A stretch of DNA of 57,832 nt, counting the filler, from Streblomastix strix (taxonomy: Eukaryota), in NCBI GenBank assembly GCA_008636045.1. It is 3 parts of 3 records of this genome, joined end to end, with 100 filler letters (N's around TTAATTAATTAA, not from the genome) between each part and the next. Parts side by side here need not be neighbours in the genome. Positions count along the whole stretch, not along the records: positions 1 to 19,221 come from SNRW01000532.1; 2 more parts are not named here. One strand, given 5' to 3'. Numbering within the stretch: position 1 is the first letter of the stretch; every line of letters begins with the position of its first letter. The translations under genes were made by a program, and so were the position numbers. Positions 1 to 15,057 of this stretch are shown piece by piece. The notes beneath the pieces are model-generated. The model was not told where the DNA came from and made no database searches. It saw only the letters and a list, made by a program, of their open reading frames with translations.

Positions 1-128
<128 letters not shown>

Positions 129-1194
129 ACATTTTTTATTTTAATTTATTTATTTCTTATCATATTATTAATTTAGAGAATCATAATGCAATATTATGTA
201 AAGACAATGAAGATGCAATGTTTGATCGTGACTCTAATCATAATAAGTATTAGAAATTGATTGACTGTGTGTTATAATCAGGGTCAAATTTAAATAAGAA
301 AAGGTTATATATTGATAAAATAAGATAAATAAGTAATAATAGATTTAAATTTAATATAGCTAATAAAATATTATATGGATTAAATAAGGTAAATGTTGTT
401 CAAAGCTAAGAGTTTTAAATACTAATTAAAAATATTTAAATTATGGATGAATTTATTGAGGAATAAGGAGAATTTGAAGAAATTAATTCAAGTTAATTCA
501 TTTCAAAAACAATGGACAAGAAAAAATTTATTAGACATTTTGATAACAGATTTTGAAATTGAAATATGCTTTCATCATCTTTTTTACAATTTCAAGATCG
601 ATTGTGTTAAATAATATTAGATTTTACTGTTAATATTTTATTTCTGTGTTAATAAAGTATCAAAATTTTAGATTAATCATTTAACTTAATTTGATATTTA
701 TATTTTGATTATTAATAGATATTTTTTAAAAATTAAGAATCTGATAATAAAAATGATAAATTATTGAATATAAATTTTAGTACCTTCCAATAAATTATAA
801 TTAGCAAATAAAATATCATCAGAATATCATTTTTTTTACTTCATTTAATTTCTGTGTGATGAAAATATATTTATAGAAATATCCTTATTAAAATTTGTAA
901 ATAATATTTGGATATAACAATTCATATATTTATTCATCAAATTAGATTATTATATTAAATTTTTTTTATATTCTAATCAAATTTATCAGTTTCTAAGCAT
1001 TTTCAATTTGTTTAATTACACACAATTTTAATATTTATTTGTATTATATTATTTAAAGTTAAACTTATATAATTTTATACCAATTTATATTATTAAACAA
1101 TCTTCAAATCCAACTTTAAATTATTTTATAAGTTTAATAAATTTCTAACTTCGTTCGTTACTAATTTTGTTTTTAATTATGATTTTTTCCAAGA

Positions 1195-4100
1195 ATGACT
1201 GAATATTCTAAAGGAGAAGAGGAGCGTAAGGATGTATTCTACCTTGAAACGCTTTCAATGTCGGGATAAATCTAGTCAATAGTTATTGGTCGTTTCTTTG
1301 ATAGAAAAATTGAAACAATTATTCTTGCAAAAGTTTAATTTATTTAATTTCTGTCACTTTAAAGAAGTATTATATTTAAATTCATATATTTTAGTCTACA
1401 TTCCTGAGCATTTTCCATAACAACGATGAAGAAGACAGTTTTGAATTTGTTGACCATATTTGTGTCTATAAAGAAGTTTACTGCCTTTGTACGTCTGTTC
1501 AACCACATAGGTAAGCATTATTAATTATTATTATTATTTTATTATTATTTACATCACAACTAATCATTCATATAGTCTTGATTGTCTATTTGTATTATCA
1601 ATTGGTGGAGAATGGCTTCTATTGCAATGGGACAACTCTCGATTCTTCCCACTGGCTACTGGATCATTATTAAAAGCTATTCAACCTCTGATGAAAACAC
1701 CAGAATAACGAAGATTCCGCATTGATCCAGTATTTATTTTTATTGCTATATTTATATATACAAATTTTTATTTTATTTATATATTATTTTTATTATTTCT
1801 TTTACATATATTACTTATTTCCTTTTATATTTTTATTATTCATCATAGACATTTCAATGGGCAGTATCTGTAGTTCCAATCACAGACAACTCACCTCGTT
1901 TCTTCACAAGACCATCTCCAAAATAAGATCAGAAACACATTCCTGGATAAAATAAGCCAATTGTTCGTATTTCTTTCAGAGCTCTGATTGTTGCTGATGA
2001 AACTGTATTTGTAGGAGTGAAATATGATGGACCTGATGCAAACATCCTTTCAGTGATCAAAGACAATTGGTCTTCTGCTCTGAAACAATTTCCTAGGAAG
2101 TTTGGTTTCTTTGGTCCAAATAACAAATAAGGATATAAATAAGAGAATATGAATGCAATACTTAGAAATGGATTAGAAAATGAATGGAAAATTTTGCAGA
2201 CTATTGAACAGAATAAGAAGAATCTGTGTATTGCAAATGCAGATACATTCATTTTCTTAGAAGATGATGATGATCAACCAAAATATATCTAATAAAGAGA
2301 TCAATAGAAGAAACATCCTCATTCTAAGAAAAACACCATATCACTTTTCCAATCAATTAACCGAGTTCGTCATCTTGTATTCACAACATCGATGAGATTA
2401 GAACCATTCCCAATAAAGAAGAAACCATTTATTATGTCTTCATTCCAATTCACTACTCCATTGAACAGAGAAAAAGATGGAGAAGTTGCAGGACCTGGTT
2501 TGAGTGAAATTGAAAGAAGAGGAAGAATTCAACTTCCAGAATATGTATCGTCAACTAGTTAGAAATTAGAAATTCAATAACTTCCTATTAACAGTGAAAT
2601 GAAAACTACACCAGAAATTTCAACCTCCGAAACTGAAAATCAAAACCAGAGCTGTTCTACAGCAATTGCACTTGTTGATACACCATCAGGATTAGCACTA
2701 CTCTCGCTTCTGTTTGATTTTGAGCACAAAAACGTTTCACTTCATTCATTTGCAATTGCTGCAATTCCTCCATAAGCTTCTCGTATTATGCCAGTTTTAG
2801 ATGAAAATCGAGCAATGAAGACTTTGAAAGGTGAAGATATCAACTTATTAAATCGAGTTCGTTCAGCTGATGTGAATATATTGAAAGGAGTATTAGCGAA
2901 AAGTAGTGAATTTTTGAATATATATTATTTGAATACGAATTAATCCAATAATAATGATGAATGGAATAATATTGATAATAATAATAATCGATAGATCAAT
3001 TAATCGTAATTACAATCAAATTAGTAAAATGAAGCAATAAATATATTGCACACTTACACAACATAACAATAATTCTCAAACAGTACATTCATCATAACAT
3101 TCCCAAACAAAAATATTCATAGATAAAATTAAATTATCTCCAATGATGATGAAAATACGACTATTGAAGATGTAGATAGTTAGATATCCACTTCACCCAA
3201 AAAAGAAAGTAATGATAATTAGAATAATGATCTAATAATATTTGACTAATAAGAAATCATTGATAACGAATACAACACCAGCAATTCATTATCATTATCA
3301 TTATCAGATAAATCATAAATATTGAATAAAACAACAAACACTAAAAATTCAATCCAAAATTTCCATCCATTCTTAATAATCACATCACTTGGAGTTTCAT
3401 TGTTCACTTCACATCTAACTCAGCTCAATTTCATTTTCCCAATCTCTTTTCTTCAACCTCCGATGTGCTGTTTATATGCCAGCGGATTTGAATAAGAATA
3501 GAAGAAATTTCATTCACCGTAACCTTAATTATCGAAGAATTAGAAGAAAACACATAGACACAAAATGCAGAATGACTATAAAAGTGTTGATAAACTTTTT
3601 ATTGCATGCGGGAGGGGAATGATAATCATAACTAATGGACAGGTTGAAAGGTAAAATTATCCATTCAAGTGGTTTAATGAACTCGCAATTACAAATGGCG
3701 CCAACTGGTATCAAACAAAATAACCAAATTAATAATAACAACCATTATCAGATAATTCAGAAATAGATTTATTAAGCAACAACTCTTTGCTTTCAGACGA
3801 AACAAATTCAAAAAACGACATAAATAACTCATAACTTAAAATAGGGACGCAAATGCTCTTTGTAATCTCAGCATCGAATTCTTCAATGATTGTTGACATG
3901 AACACCGGAACATTCTACGACTTCCCAGGATAACAAGCCGACTAGAAAGACGTCGGCGAAGGTCAACCTGAGGATTTTCAGATGAATCCAACCAATGTCA
4001 GCCAAGTCTGTCCAATTCCGAACTATTCTTACTCACCGTATCATTAAATGGAGGATAAGTTCATTCTCGGTGTTGGAAATGGGAGAACTGGTGCTCTTCA

Positions 4101-7100
4101 TAGTATAGGCATTGGACATCGGTTGCAGACTATTATGCAAGGTAAATGGTACGAGAAGGATCTGCCTGCACTATTCACAACGAAAGCTTATTCTGGAGCT
4201 AAAATGCACTCACTGTTACTTGTGGAAGAGGAACAGATTGTTGATATTAATAATTAATTAGAGAAAATTAAAGTTAAAAAATAAAGTAAATCAGAAAGTC
4301 ATATTAAGCAATAAACACTATATCCATACAAAAAAGCACAAGTTCTTAGTGTGGGTAATAACATATACACATCATATTCATCCTCAATATTCGAATTGCA
4401 TGAAGATGTTGTCGAACCCATCGATTCGTTTATTGTTGGAATCGACACCACAAAGAAAACTCTTGCACTTGGACCTGCACAAGGAGCATTTATTCAAGTT
4501 ACGACTTCAGAGATAAGAGTTATTCCTACGCTGAACTATTTTGCATGTCCTGTTTATTAAACAAAATCATCATCATAATAATAATAATTACAGTAAAAAA
4601 ATTCAACATCATTGGTTAAATCAGTTTCTTAGGATGAATAATAATTTGCAGGTATAGCAACTTAGATTGATTATGAAATCAGGTCTGAATAAATTGGATA
4701 TGACATTTAACACGGAATTTCATGGTAAGCGCCAATATTATTTTCCGAGGAACAATGCTGGTAGTATATTTATAATCTAAGAAATAATCAATAATAGCAA
4801 AACAATAACTAATAATAATAGGACTAACAGATAATGCCAATTGATTGTTAATAAAGAGTTGTGTTTGAATGCGCATGCATAACAGATAATCTGATCGCAT
4901 TATCATATAAATGCATCGTTTTTGTGCTTATCTGGAATCCATCAAAGCCACGAATTCCAACTTCCAAAACAATCCAGAATTAATCAACAAAATACTAATC
5001 ATCAAAAATATTGCAACTTTCAGCTTTCGTCTATCCAATTGCTACACTTTGTTTCCCATCTCCAGTAAAATCACTCAACGCATAAACAATTTGCACTCGG
5101 TCTTTCTTAGTTGTTGGATGTGATTAACCACCAGCAGTTTTCTTGCTCAGATTGGACACGCTTCAAGTCGCAAAGGATTCTGAAGATAAAAGAAGATAAC
5201 TTTGGAAAGATGGTGAATAACTTCTGAAAAAACTCAAATATCAATTGACATATCCACCTGTGTAAAGACCAAATCATTCATTAGTTATTCAAAATGGAGT
5301 AAAAGAATTAAATAATTAAGATGATAAACATTAAATTCATATTGGAGAATAGAATTAAAGCTCAATTTTGATAACTGAAAATATATCCGTCACGGAACAT
5401 AGAAAAGATAAAGATACAATAATTAATAAGCAATACAGATTTGTTGAAGTTATGAGTGGCTCGCATTAGTTTGTTGAGGTACAATACACTTAAAATGCGA
5501 TAATGACACGAATTTTAGATTTATTTCCATATGATAAACCGGAGCAGATTCTGCTTACAACATTCAATCGACAATGCAGATTATTTACATAGGAAGAAAT
5601 AGATGCAAACGACAGAAAAAGTTTATATGGCGAATAAACAAATTCACAAACTTCATTAATCATACAATCAAGCGAAAAATAAATTTTATTGACAAAGAAA
5701 ACTTATGAACGCAATGAAGGAGCAGTTCTGATGATTGCTGGAATTCATGGTCAACTTTCTACTTCAATAATTCCATTATCAGCAATTCTTGATTTCCTAC
5801 CTGAATAACCGAGTAAAGAAAATAAACTTAAAAAAACGTAATTCTTCTTCCCATCATTAATATCGACAATTAAATTATACCCCGAGCGAATAAAAATTAC
5901 TGATGATGATTCAAATGTATATATTTTCGGTGATCGAGTTTCTGTTCTAAATTGGAACGATAGAGCTTGTAAGATCTTGTGGAATGATTTAGAATGTGCA
6001 GGAATTATACATTCGCTTCAACCCATGCGTATCAAAGAAGAAGATGCTTAACTTTAATCTATTAAAGATGAAAGTAGCAACTTAAATGAAGAAACCAGTT
6101 TATTGAATAACTCATAGCATGTTTCAGGTAGCAATACAACAAGTAAAACACCAGTTCCGCATCCAACTCTAGCTTGGATCGACTATGTTTAGAAAAGATT
6201 GACTTTTGGCGCCATTGACAGACGAAACATTGTTATTCGAGATGTAAAAGACATTCCTTCTTAACCGATTGCAATTGCGCATATTCCAACTCTACATGCA
6301 ATTGCTGTGCTGTGTAGAGAACCATCATAAAATCCTTATTAAATCAAATCTAAAGATGACATTTAAGATTCTGATGTTAAAGACTATTTCAATTAAGAAG
6401 AAAAAAATGAAAGAGAAAAGAAATTATAATAATAAAATCAATATAATGAAAATAATAATACTGATAATAATTTTGAAGATAATTTAAATTATAGAAAATC
6501 TTTATACTTTGATGGACTTGGATTGGATATTTCAGGTGTTGACGAGATTGAATAATAGACATATTTACCTTTCCATGATATATTTCACAACTATTTATAA
6601 GAAAATGAGATAACAAAAAATAATAATAATAAAATCCCATCAGTAGAATCTCCATTAATTAATTAATCTCCACCTGAAATGATTGATTAAGAAGAAATAA
6701 ATAAGAAAAAATTTTATTCGTAATTAAAACTATAAATATAATATTTCCATGAATCAATCCCAGATAAAGATACTAAAGGCGATCCTTTCATTGATATTGC
6801 ATCAGACTGGTTCATTCAATCCCACCAAGAACATTTCAAAGATTACCGAATGAAAAGGATTCCACCTTACAAATAATAGTCGCCAAAAGTCAATTTATGC
6901 TATTCGCCTAAGACAAACTTCTCAATTGCGTTTCCGGATCTTTTTTCACCAATGAATATAATGAAAGCTATAAACAAACAATATGTTAGACTGAGCGTTG
7001 TTTAAAGGAAATAGTCTTAAACATCTAACAGCGGATAGCAATTTGATGATTATTAATAAATTTTTTCTCTAATTAACAATAATAACCTTGAAATTGATTA

Positions 7101-10100
7101 AAATTTACCATTGCCTACAATTAGTGAATAATCCTTATATTTATCTTAATTTTAACCATAATCTACTTCCGCATAAACAAAATCCAACAATGTTTAATAA
7201 TCAAACTAAAACATCATTAATTTATCCCAAAATTCATTAGAGAAGTTTATTGAATCTGTAACCAATTCATTCTTGATTGTTTTGTATGATGAAACTGAAA
7301 TGCGCCTTCGAATTGGCGAATTGAACTTATCTAATCTTAGACTAGATTTTGGCAACAGCTCAAATGGTATTGGAAGCTCATCATATCAACAGCAATAACA
7401 ATTTTAGATTTGGTCAGAAAAAGATGATTAGTGTATTAAACAAAGCAGTTTTGTAATGTCGACATAATTATACAACTTCTTCACAATGGTTTGTGTCACA
7501 ATTCCAACACAACAGGGGTTTAACGAAATAATGAAAATCCGTAAAAGTACTTTTGATGAACTGGAAGAAGCTTCAAATGAGATGGGCTATGATAAAAAAT
7601 AATTGGAATATGCCGAGAAAATATATAATGAACTCGATGAAAAAGAATTAAGAAAAGATGCTTAATAAATATAGCAAATTATTAATCTTCAGAAATTGCA
7701 AGAATCAAATACTATAAAATCATAATCTTATTCAAACCATCTTATAGAAGCTGAATCAAATTCATTCCAGAATTCATAAACTGATATAGAATAAAATTAA
7801 TAATTCGATGAAAATAAATATATTAAAAGACAGCAACAAGAAAATAATTAGAATAAATAAAACAATTTTCAAAATTGCATGCAAACTAATGAATTTCACG
7901 ATAGATACGCACGTTCATTATTGTGCGTTGTTGGCAGAGAAAGCTCAATTGGACAATAGAGATTGAATAAATATCAAAATGAATAAGAATAAGATATCTT
8001 TTAATAATAATCTAATTACATACAAGATATTGATGGTGAAATTTTTTATAGATCGATGGTTACAGATATTTTCATTATTGAAGTTGTTAGACTTCGCCAT
8101 ATTTCTAATACATACTATGAAGCAAGATAACTACTTGAATAAAATTATAATCAGTACTAAACTGAAAATAATGGATTAAATCAAATTGAATCAAATAATA
8201 ACAATATTCATTTCACCGATGACCAAATTCAATCTGCACTCGATAAAACTGACTCAATAAAAATGTCATATCCAGGAAACTCAACCAGCGCAATGACCAC
8301 AATTTACGATAAATTACAACTTCTGAATGTGTCTTTGAAGATCCACAAAAGAATTCGAGTGTTAGGAGGAGTATAAGGTGTGTTTAGCCATCCATCCACA
8401 TTGGTGGTTCTTAACGGATGCCACTGTTTTGTATTTGTGCTTGGACCTCGCTATGATGATAGTGAAATTAGCACTATCAGTAAGGTGTATAATTTTGCTG
8501 GGAATGTTAATGTTGTTGAACAAACAACTGACAGCTTAAAAGATGAAAATATATTCGAAAAAAATAAATATGAATATCAAAATCCACATAAGATTAATAA
8601 TAATGAATAATTTGATGAGTAATAAATCAACGATGAACATTGCACATGCACAACGCCACTTTTCACTGAAAAGGGAGAAATATTTCCCACTTTGCCTCAA
8701 CACGCTCACATCTAAAGCATCTGCAATGTATATGACACGACTAACAATATATTCAAGAAGTCCAAAATATAATACACACAGAAACGGCAAACGTACAAAT
8801 ACAGCAACGAATCTTCGATCCTTGTTTCAAGGCCTCTAGAATCATATGCTTTGACAAGCCCTTTCACTTTTGCTGTTCGTCAAGTAGCGCAAATCATTGC
8901 ACCATCTCCAATTACGTCAGTTGCACTCCAACAAACTCAGTATCGACCTGATCCGGCTCCTTTTCCAAGAAAGGTTTCCTCTTCGTCTGTTTATAGTGAA
9001 TAAAGCACTTTTCGCGGGCTTACAATTAATCATAAGTAATAGAACCTTATTCCAGCATATTTGTAACTGTAACAATCAATTCGTATTAATTTAAATTTTG
9101 CTCCTGTTGGATTTGCTTTTGTTGATATGTAGTTTGGACTTGTACACAAATTCAATAATGATGTGCGATTTATGAAATAGAAATTCTGCGTTTATGATCC
9201 ATAAAACGTTCAGAGTTTCGAAGAATTATTAAAGAAGCAAAAAAGAAATTAAATTAATAAAATAAAATAGAAGAAAGACATTACAAATAAAAAGAAAAAA
9301 ATTAAAAAGAAAAATTAAATTAAATCAGAAAAGAGTTTTTATCAATTGTAGCAAGAGAATCTAAAATATTTAAAACCTGTCATATAATCATATGTAAAGA
9401 AGCAAGACAATAATATGATTGAATTAATTGAAGGATCATTAATACCGCTTGCATTTGCTTAACGCAGATGCCGCCACTGCAGCAAAGTATACAAAACAAA
9501 CAAATAAATATCTAATGGTTCAAAAATGAAAGAAAATATCAACAGAGAGGAAACACTGTCAGATTAAACGAGTTCGAGCAGTGATTTCTTGACTGATGAT
9601 ATTGAACCATAAATATCAGCGTACGAACAGCTTAAATCATCGTCGAAACATCCCCATTTTACTGGATCAGATTTAGCAGCAGCAGCAGGAATTTATTTGA
9701 AGCATCGCCCAAATGATCTTGTAAAATGTGCTGCTGAATTCGGACAGAAAATATCTTTGATTGCATAAGCATATACACCAACACTTATTATAGATACTGC
9801 TCCGCTTGGAATTAATTAGTATGGGATTGTCTGCGATTATGAAATACTGATTTATACTCTAGTTCCCAATCCGCTATATAAAAGAATGAAAAAATAAAGA
9901 ATTAGATCAATCACAGGAAATAATAATAATAGTAATAATGAATTTGAATATCTCCCGATGTGCGCAGTTTTAAGTGCTCGAATTCCAAATATTCAACACT
10001 TTTCATTCATTCATCGATGCAGTTCTGGTGTCAGTTCCATTTTCAGTGGATCTAACAAAGCTTTATTTCAGAAATTGTATCACAATCTTGAATTACTATA

Positions 10101-13086
10101 ATAATAGAAAATTAAAGTGAATTCATCAAAAGGAGATCTTTCAAAACTAACTGGATAAAACGAATAGGTAAATACATAATAAGTTCAAAAAATTGATTCA
10201 AAATAAAGTATTGCCGAATTTGATGAGAATATTGAAGACACTCTTTATGCCGAAGACTTCGATGATGCGAATATGCAACACTTGCACAATGACAATAATT
10301 ATCAATAAAATCTAGTCAATAAATCTCCCAAAAGCACACTACAGAATCTTCCATCGATCCCTTCGTTCATCTTCTTTTCTCGCAGCGGGAGCATAAAAAA
10401 AGCAATTCCAACTTTTTTCACCAAAATCCCACTAAATAACTTGTTCATAACACTTCACATATATTCCGTGCTTGATCAGGAGTTCGGGGATATCTGGAGG
10501 GGCAGCTAAATAGAGGTTTTCAGAGACTTCAATCAAGTCGAACAGCAGACGAATCGGCTTGTTTTCATTGAACAGGCGGTTCGTGAGTACATTTCAACGG
10601 GGAGGATCGCAAGAAGACCACCTGCACCTCTGGACGATCAGATGCCTCCGATTTACTCGCTGAAAAATGGGAGATTTATTGAGTCGCAGGTGCGATATAT
10701 TATTTTATTATATTACTATATTATTATATTTTATTTTTTATATATATATTATTTTATTTTCTATATGAAATATTATTTTTATTTTCTATTATAATAAATT
10801 TACACTCAGACTTTATTCGGACTTTCACCACAACCAATTTCTGTTGATTCAACCAGTTGGAAAAACTTATCATTCTAAAATTTTGTGAAATCACTTGAGC
10901 ATCTCATGCTATACTCACAATACTTAACACATCAACGGTTAGTAATACGTGAACTTATTCGTCGATTCATTCAATAATATAAGATCTTGAAATTGCCTGA
11001 AGGAACGAAAGATGAAATATAAGAAAAGAACCATGATATTATCTTGAAGAAGAGCGTTTATGCAATATCTTCTGTTATTGGTAGAACTGCATTTGTACTG
11101 TAAAGTGATGTTAGTGATGATGAAGGATTAAAAATGCGCCGTCTTTACAAACAATTTAGACTCGGCATGCGTTAACTTACTTTAGCTCTGAAATATTAAG
11201 ATAAGAAATTCATCAAAAGAACAAAAGAAGAATTCTTAGATTCGCTAAATCGAGAAGTGTCACTTAAGAATTAATATTGGTACAAATATCGAAACTAAAT
11301 ATTTAATAGCAATATTGGTATTGAAACCAATCTTAATATTCTTTTCAAAGATGATCCACTGATTAGCGAAAATATTCCAAAAGGACAAGCTGCCAAACCA
11401 ATTAAGATATCCAGTTAGTTTATGGATGAATCGTCTGAATATACTTTAGATCTATACAGAATATCTGAGAAGATTCATTTCAACAGAAACTTACTCGAAA
11501 ACAATGGATTGAAACTCAACATTAATAATTTGTTTAAATCCTTAATTAAAGAGAATAAAAGATTTCAGATTGACAGCAAAAGCAAAAAACTGTATATCAC
11601 GATTCATTAGAATTAAAGTAATGATTAAGATCCACTTCCAAGTGATGATGATGTATTTGTCAGTTAATTATAATAAGAAAACACCCCGAATTTATTTGAA
11701 AGAGAATCACCAATTAAATAAAAGTAGAAAGTATTAATTACTTAATAATAACAATAGAATTAAAATAATACTAATCAAGATTCAACAAATTAGATCAGCG
11801 AGCCAAATTCAAATACTAATTCTTCACTCTAAAGAAGAAAATCCAATAATAATAATTCATAACAAAAAAGCTTATCACCAGATTTAGCTCATCATCGGCA
11901 TCGACACCATCATAATGACATCATGAGCCCTCGTGATAAGAACGATTCATTAAAACGTAAGAAACAAAATTAAACTGAGAAAGTGCAAAGTTAAACATTG
12001 AAGAAAGAACACAAACATGATAATGAAAAGGATAAAAAATATCATCGTGAAAAAAGTAAATAAAATAATGATAAAGAAAATGATTAAGAGTAAAAAGAAA
12101 AAGATATTCATAAATAAAAGATTCATTAAGAAAAAGAAGAAATCACCAAAAAGTAATAAAAAAGTGAATAAAATGATTAAACTTATTCAATTGTTGACTA
12201 TGATAAAAGCACTCAAACTCCACATAAAAGTCAATCAACACAAGATAATGAGTAAAACTTAAAACTTCTCTATAATTTCAAGTCCAACAAAATCGTTCTT
12301 TCGCCAATTGTTGAACTTGAGAACGAGTACCCAAAGAATTCTGATGATCAGTGGTAGTTGTATTAAGATGAGGAAACGAAAGATGATATTTTCATTGATA
12401 ATACAGTGCAAGCCATAGATGAAGAAAAATTAGATTCTTTTGACGAGAACAAAGAATTTTTCTCTGATAAAGATAATGAAAAAGAAAATGAATCAGTTAA
12501 TTATTCACAATATGAACATGCAAATATTCGATAGTTATAACTGCAGAGAGCGCAATTCAGTTAGCATTTTCCACACTATAATAATCACACATATGAAGAT
12601 ATTGATTATTCTGAAAATATTGAAAACTAAGCAACATAATCATCTTAGCAATAGAATGACGAACAATAATTAAACGAATCAGAACAGCTATAATCAAATT
12701 AATAAGCAAGCTTGGAAAGTTTTCAATAACTCCCACACTTATATTAATTTGGTTCACTTCGTGGATCTCCTCACATCATATCTCCAGATTTCTCCAATTC
12801 TCTGTTAAGCCAAAATTCACCACATATTCGTAATTATATTGATGATCAATAAATCAATCCTCTGAAATGTCCACAAACTACCTTTTCTCGATTTGTCAAC
12901 CATCAACATTCAAAAACAGTGCAATTTCCTCTGTCAGCTTTGAATATTGATGTTACATTCAGCAAACAGGGATTAATTCCTTAAGTAATTGAAGAGGGCG
13001 AATAAGAAAACATTTTCACTGATATAAAAGATGAGTATGATTAAAATTTCGAAATTAAATCATCTATTAACAGTGAAAAGCTATGA
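1195..13086 (+). CDS. Giant DDB1/SF3B3(RSE1)/CPSF1-family triple beta-propeller protein, ~3,840 aa, 5 exons
   Basis: Reading TAA/TAG as Gln: ATG 1195; GT-AG introns 1333-1394, 1511-1575, 1730-1848, 10690-10809; TGA 13084-13086. Family-like motifs: YLETLSMSGQIQSIVIGRF..IILAK, RIDPTFQWAVSV, FILGVGNGRTGALHSIGIG, VLSVG..DSFIVGIDTTKKTLALG..GAFIQVTTSEIRVI. Many Q/N-rich insertions. The long exon 4 was translated in part and spot-checked; no TGA seen. Confidence 0.8.
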
Positions 13087-13452
13087 ATTTAATTGTTAAA
13101 TTTATAATTTGCCAGGATTTATTGTTTTTCTTGTGTTTTCGTTGGTATTTGATTTATTTCTTGATTTATTTTTCTTCGTTAATTATACAGCGAATTAACG
13201 AAGTTTATGCATTTAATTGTCAAAATTAATTTTATTTTTATCATCAGTTTTATTCTGTTATTAATTTGAGTTCTGTATTCATAAGTTATATAACATAATT
13301 GTCATAAATGTTATATTTATTAAATAAAAAATATCTGGGTATTGTTAATATAATAAATTTTCTTTGTTTATTTTAACTTTATATGAATTTATTTACTATT
13401 CATAAATACAAAAATTAATTGAAATGTTTTAAATAGTGAAATGTTTTGAAGA

Positions 13453-14133
13453 TCAGAACTTTGGTCCTCTTCTTATAAGTTCAGATGGGGCAATTATTCC
13501 TTCTCCCGGAACTTCCTGAAAGAAAATAAAAACAAAAAAGATAAAAAAAATTGAAAATATAATATATGAATATAAACAAATCATATGGCAAACTATTTAA
13601 TCCAAAACATTGAAAAATTAAGTAGATTTTTCCTTCAGCGATTGAATATATTACTAATTATCCTCAATCATTTTATCTCGCTCAGTGAGTGCTAATGATA
13701 TTTCCTAGTATTCATGATCAAGCTAACTTCTAGGTTAGTATTATCCGATTTCTTGCAAAACAGGAATTAATTCAATTCTTTTTTATTCATCTATTCTGGC
13801 CTATTCAAGTTCCATTTGAAGTAATTGAAGTGCTTCAGTTCGCTTTTCTCGTTCGGCGTTCTTGGCTGAAGTGTCATCAGCTAACTTCTAAGCATCGTTC
13901 TATAAAGCGTTGCGTTGCAATTAACTGCGTTGGAAAATGTTGTTCATTTTCATGATGGATTATTTCAGAGCAGCGCCAGCAGCTACAAGTTCCTCATCGC
14001 TGGTTGATGAGTTCTTGGCTAGTTCAGCGAACTTGAATTAATCAGAAATCAGTTTTCGGTGGTCTCGGTCGTAAGTTATGCTCAGAGCTCGAGCAGTCGT
14101 AATTTCGTCAACAAGCGCAGCAGAGAGAGCCAT
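13453..14133 (-). CDS. THOC7: THO complex subunit 7-like coiled-coil protein (~200 aa, 1 intron)
   Basis: ATG 14133, intron 13516-13593, TGA 13453-13455. MALSAALVDEITTARAL...LEQARIDEQKRIELIPVLQEIGQYQPRSQLDHEYQEI...STQFFNVLDQI follows the length and pattern of THOC7 (DEVIRKRL...IQHHPDRHETLKEL...QFHVLLSTI), but identity is low. Confidence 0.6.
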
Positions 14134-15057
14134 AACTGAATAATATCATAATAAAAGATAAAGATTCATATAATGATGAAAAAGTAATTTCAATTTTCTT
14201 AATAATTAATTTATTGCGAATTTTAAGATTCATTACAAAAAACAATTAAAAGCTCTTTAATGGTTATACAGTATGAAAAATTTTCAAATTTAATAAATTA
14301 TTAATATAAAAAATAAATAGATTTATATTTTAAATATTTTTAATGAGTTTAATAGACAGATAGGTTAATAATTCAAGATTTATTGAAGAAATTTTAGATA
14401 AAATAATATCATGCATTAAATAATGATAATACGTAAAAAATGATATTAAAGTTATTTTTAAAATTATTTTGTCAACAAAACAAAATAATTATGTTTATTA
14501 AATTGTCCACTGAAGAGAAAAACAATTTCTAATCCATTCTTCATATTTATTGAAAATAAATTTATAAGAAATTAAATTAAATAGGAATTCTTTAAAAATT
14601 TTCAGATAATCACATAGAACAATTCAAGCTTCTTACTTAATAAATTAAACATTATCTTTCATTATTAATTTTCAGGTTTAATCATTTCAATATAAACCTC
14701 TTTGACAATCTTATTTTCGTGGGGTAGTTTATCATGGCCCTAACAATCATCAACAAATATTCAAATCAATAGAAACAATTGACAAATATAATCAAATAAT
14801 TTATTATTACATGATTTATAATATTAAATACTATGCATTATACAATTAATAATAAAAAACGCGTGTATGAATGATTAAAATTAAAAATTCGCTCTAAATT
14901 TAAATTAATTTTGATTGTTGTTTAAAACTTTATAAATGAATATTTATGATTTACATTTTAAAATGAATATTATCAAAATTACTTAAAAATTCATTTCATC
15001 ATTAAATCGAATTTTCAGAATATTTTTTTCATTTTTTTTTCTGGATTCTCATTAAAT

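Noticed and set aside
14735..14745. GGCCCTAAC shared with ~26483, resembling a telomeric CCCTAA unit
   Set aside because: Isolated single units with no tandem array or extended similarity.
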